Source: Eledone cirrhosa (Eukaryota). Taken from it: 64,000 nt of DNA. The notes under the pieces are model-generated. The model worked only from the letters and a program-made list of their open reading frames with translations, was not told the origin of the DNA and did not search any database. Shown here piece after piece: positions 60,285 to 64,000 of this stretch; within the stretch, counting starts at the first letter, position 1; each line of letters begins with the position of its first letter. The DNA is taken from assembly GCA_964016885.1 (NCBI GenBank), contig OZ024742.1, positions 183,706,001 to 183,770,000 on the forward strand. The letters run 5' to 3'. A program made the position numbers and the translations under genes.

Positions 60285-60508
60285 AATGATGATGGTGATA
60301 GTTGTGGTAGCGACAACACCGAATTTTTTTATTCGTATATATATATAAGTATTGAAGTTTCCGTTGAAAATTGAAAAAGTCATAGGAGTGAAGAGTGCTC
60401 TATGTAAGTTACAGAGCTAAATTTAATGTATAATAATTATATTGTATTGTTTATTATACATTATATATATATACAACTTATAAATCAAACATTTCAAATG
60501 TCATATTG

Positions 60509-60723
60509 GTTCCTTATATAAGCACAAGGCCAGTGATTTTGGGGGAGGGGAAAGTCGATTAAATCGACCCAGTGCGTGACTGGTACTTTATTTTATCGAC
60601 CCCGTGAGGATGAAAGGCAAAGTTAACCTCGGCGGGATTTGAACTCAGATCATAAAGGGCCGTAACTCTTTGCTGCAAAGCATGGCGTCCGACTCTCTAC
60701 CGATACTGCCAATCTACCGCCCT
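60509..60723 (-). mobile_element. Full-length family A SINE (long-tail) with 18-bp TSD
   Basis: ATTTCAAATGTCATATTG at 60491-60508 and 60724-60741. Confidence 0.9.
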
Positions 60724-61005
60724 ATTTCAAATGTCATATTGATCTATATAATACTTGGCGTTTATTTCGAATGAAACCATGGAATTTCTTCGGAACCAGC
60801 TACTGTGTATGATAATTGTTATCCTTCATTCATCAGAACATAAAAAACATATTTGTTACAACTTGATTTACTTTTAAAAAAAAAGAAAACGAATAAAAAA
60901 TATATATTTAACTTTAGTTGGATTTTTAAATTAGCAGCGACAATCTCTTTCTATTCTCCAGAAGAAAATAAATAAATAGACAATAGACAATTAAATAAAC
61001 AAAAA

Positions 61006-61060
<55 letters not shown>

Positions 61061-61461
61061 GCGTATCTGTTCATAAATAATTAACAAAGCGATGACATTT
61101 TCTCAATTTTCTTTTCGATGTTCATATATCTGCTAGAACAATTATATTATTGTAGCAAACAATAAACCATTATGAATTGTGCCGACTAAACAATGTCTGC
61201 AACAAATCTCTTAGAAGACAATTCTTTCTGTGCTTACAAATAAATCTGACGGACAATAAAATAACAATTATCATGATTTGTAAATTGTTATTCAGCGCAT
61301 TCATCGTGTTTGTTGATTGTAAATATATTTTATGATAAATATTCAGACACACACAAACACAAACACACATACACTAATATGTGTATGCACACACTAATCT
61401 TCTTCTATAAACAATTACATACACATTCGTTCAAATTACCTTTGACTGTCTATATGAGTGT

Positions 61462-61516
<55 letters not shown>

Positions 61517-61636
61517 GAGAGAGGGGGGAGAGAGATAATGTATGTAAGTGTGTGTGTGTGTATTCTCTATTGTCTAAATAATGAGTCGTGATACTTTGAC
61601 GTTTCACTTATGTACTCACAAGATCACACACAGACG

Positions 61637-61733
<97 letters not shown>

Positions 61734-61782
61734 CTGTGTGTGTGTGTGTGTGTGTGTCTGTGTGTCTGTATATATATATATA

Positions 61783-61855
<73 letters not shown>

Positions 61856-61877
61856 CTGTGTGTCTGTATGTATATAT

Positions 61878-61971
61878 GAAAGAGTCAAGCCCCCGACTGC
61901 TGAGCTCTTGCCATTTGAAAAGTATCAAGTACTCTGGTGAGTCTAACCAGTTTCTAACTGAATCAATCCTG

Positions 61972-61972
<1 letters not shown>
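61878..61972. mobile_element. Deleted relative of the 13047/62038 family
   Basis: CCCCGACTGCTGAGCTC..GCC joined directly to AAGTATCAAGTACTCTGGTG; TA-flanked. Confidence 0.55.
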
Positions 61973-62037
<65 letters not shown>

Positions 62038-62039
<2 letters not shown>

Positions 62040-62238
62040 CGAAGGAAATGTGGTAAGGAACCAGGTGGACCATAACGCACCAAAGTACTCAATACTTAGG
62101 GTAGTAGAGTGGGTAATAGGAACGAGTAGGACCCCGACGGCTGAGCTCAAGCCGTTTCGACGGCTAATTCTGTCCAGAATTGAGTCCAGAATTAGCTGTC
62201 GAAACGGCTTGAGCTCAGCCGTCGGGGTCCTACTCGTT

Positions 62239-62243
<5 letters not shown>
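62038..62243 (-). mobile_element. TA-embedded Penelope-like remnant, inverted repeat centred on hammerhead stem II
   Basis: IR 62116-62243 with GAAACGG-CTTGAGCTCAG-CCGTC-GGGGTC in both arms. Tail homologous to 13151-13233. Confidence 0.75.
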
Positions 62244-62273
<30 letters not shown>

Positions 62274-63339
62274 GCACACGCGCGTCAATTTATTGTGCAT
62301 CACGCCGTAGGCCCAGTTCCCATAATCTTCTCTCCTTCTCCCTCCTTTTCTTCAGCGGTCCTTGCTTTTCCACTCTTTTTCCTCTCATTTATGGCTTTTA
62401 TAGTCCTTTCCCATACAGCCAGATCTGCCCTTCTTTACCCCTTCTCCATTTTCTCATTACTGAATTTTGCTTGTATCTTTCTTTTTCATATTTATATAAT
62501 CATCAATGGTTTTTAAGTCAACTTTGTGAATATTTGTAATTATATTTTGTCAAAATAAAACAAAACAAAGTGTTTCCATAATAATTTTAAAAAAAGCATT
62601 TATATAAAGTATATCAATAGCACCTAAATAGATGCGGCGTGGTTCTTGATAAATATATTTGTAGCGTCAGATAAGACGACCAATATTTTCAAAATTATAC
62701 ATCATAAAGTAAGAAGCATTCTTCCTACAATTGAAAAACCCTGGTTGTAACATTTCATTTAAATTATGCCGCTCATGTTCTTGAAAATATCTTTAAAGTT
62801 GCACTATAGTCTTCTTCTCCTACCCCCACAAAAAAAAAGGGAAATACACAGTAACGGTACATTCGTATCCAGTCACAAAGAAACAAAAGGTTAAAATTAG
62901 AATATGCTATTTCAAAACAATTTTGAATTAACAAACAACAAGTACTAATGAACGAACATATATATATTTCAATCGAAATACATAAGGCATCATTTTTCAC
63001 CCAATTATTTTCTTTTAACAGTGATTCATTTTTATTGATTGCTCTATTAACGAAGCCCATCGATACACAAGTGTTTATGCTTTTAAAAAGATCGTTATAT
63101 TTTGTATGAGACTAATTATTTCTTTTATATTACAGGCAAATAGCCATTGTTTATTTCTTTAGTAATAATATTCAATAATTTAAACCTGATTTTCAGTCTA
63201 GTCTTCGTACATTGAAATTCACTCCAATTCATTAGTTTTCAAAAGAAATGTTTAAATGTTTATTTTACATGTTCATATTAATTACATCAGATTTCATTCA
63301 GGAGATTCAAAGATTTATTTTATTGTTTGTTCTAAGAGC

Positions 63340-63692
63340 AATGGTAAATTTCTTATAAAATGTTCATTTTATATAGGTAAAGGTAAATTTCTTTTAAAAC
63401 CTAAATTTTGCCACTGTAATGATAAACTTCCGATAAAGCCAATATTTAGCTCTGGTAATGGTAAATTTCTGATAAAACTTACATTTTACCCTGGTCGTGG
63501 TAAATTTCTTATAAAACCTACATTTTACCCCAGTTTTGGAAAATTTCTTATAAAACCTACATTTTACTCCAGTTTTGGCAAATCTCATATATAATATGAA
63601 TTTTGCCGTAATAGTGTTACATTTCTTATAAAACCTATATTTTGCCTTAGTAGTAGTAAATCTCTTATAAAACATACATTTTGCACTAGTAG
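63340..63692. repeat. 39-bp degenerate minisatellite, ~9 copies (GGTAAATTTCTTATAAAACCTACATTTTACC...)
   Basis: AATTTCTTATAAAA recurs at a 39-bp period. Confidence 0.85.
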
Positions 63693-63792
63693 TACCGATG
63701 TTGCTTTAATTTATCGATTTTGCAGGAATCGGCCAGGAAGCTGACGCATACCAGTTAAGATTTCTAGCTTGTCATTACTACTTCGGCGCCAA

Positions 63793-63985
63793 GAGTGGTG
63801 CGTTGGCAGTATCGGTAGAGGGCCGGATGCCATGTTTTGCAGCATAGAGTTACGGCCCTTTATGATCCGAGTTCAAATCCCGCCGAGGTTAACTTTGCCT
63901 TTCATCCTTACGGGGCCGATAAAATAAAGTACCAGTAATGCACTGGGATAATTGCTGGCCTTGTGCCAAAAGTAGAAACATTTAT
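63793..63985 (+). mobile_element. Full-length family A SINE with 14-bp TSD
   Basis: TACTTCGGCGCCAA at 63779-63792 and 63986-63999. Confidence 0.9.
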
Positions 63986-64000
63986 TACTTCGGCGCCAAA

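Noticed and set aside
63256-63675. 112-aa and 93-aa repetitive ORFs
   Set aside because: Translations of the 39-bp minisatellite.

Overview
AT-rich eukaryotic DNA, very repeat-dense. The SINE families and huge (TA)n/(CA)n/(GA)n tracts resemble an octopus/cephalopod genome (inference). The only clear host-gene sequence is one minus-strand exon (939-1051) encoding the N-terminal RING of a BMI1/PCGF-type Polycomb protein; the ORF track misses it. The rest is probably intronic or upstream. It holds ~30 copies of a tRNA-headed Deu/Nin-domain SINE, a second tRNA-derived SINE family, a young 5'-truncated Tx1/L1-type LINE, fossil RTE, CR1/Jockey, CRE and R4-type LINE pieces, MITEs, a Helitron-like element and several minisatellites. 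Almost all long ORFs in the track are microsatellite artefacts. The most striking pattern is a set of short non-coding elements embedded in (TA)n tracts. They are mostly built as head-to-head inverted repeats with a one-sided tail, and they carry type I minimal hammerhead-ribozyme motifs from several unrelated sequence families. This matches non-autonomous Penelope-like/retrozyme elements that appear to target TA microsatellites. All calls were made by eye and coordinates are approximate to a few bases.
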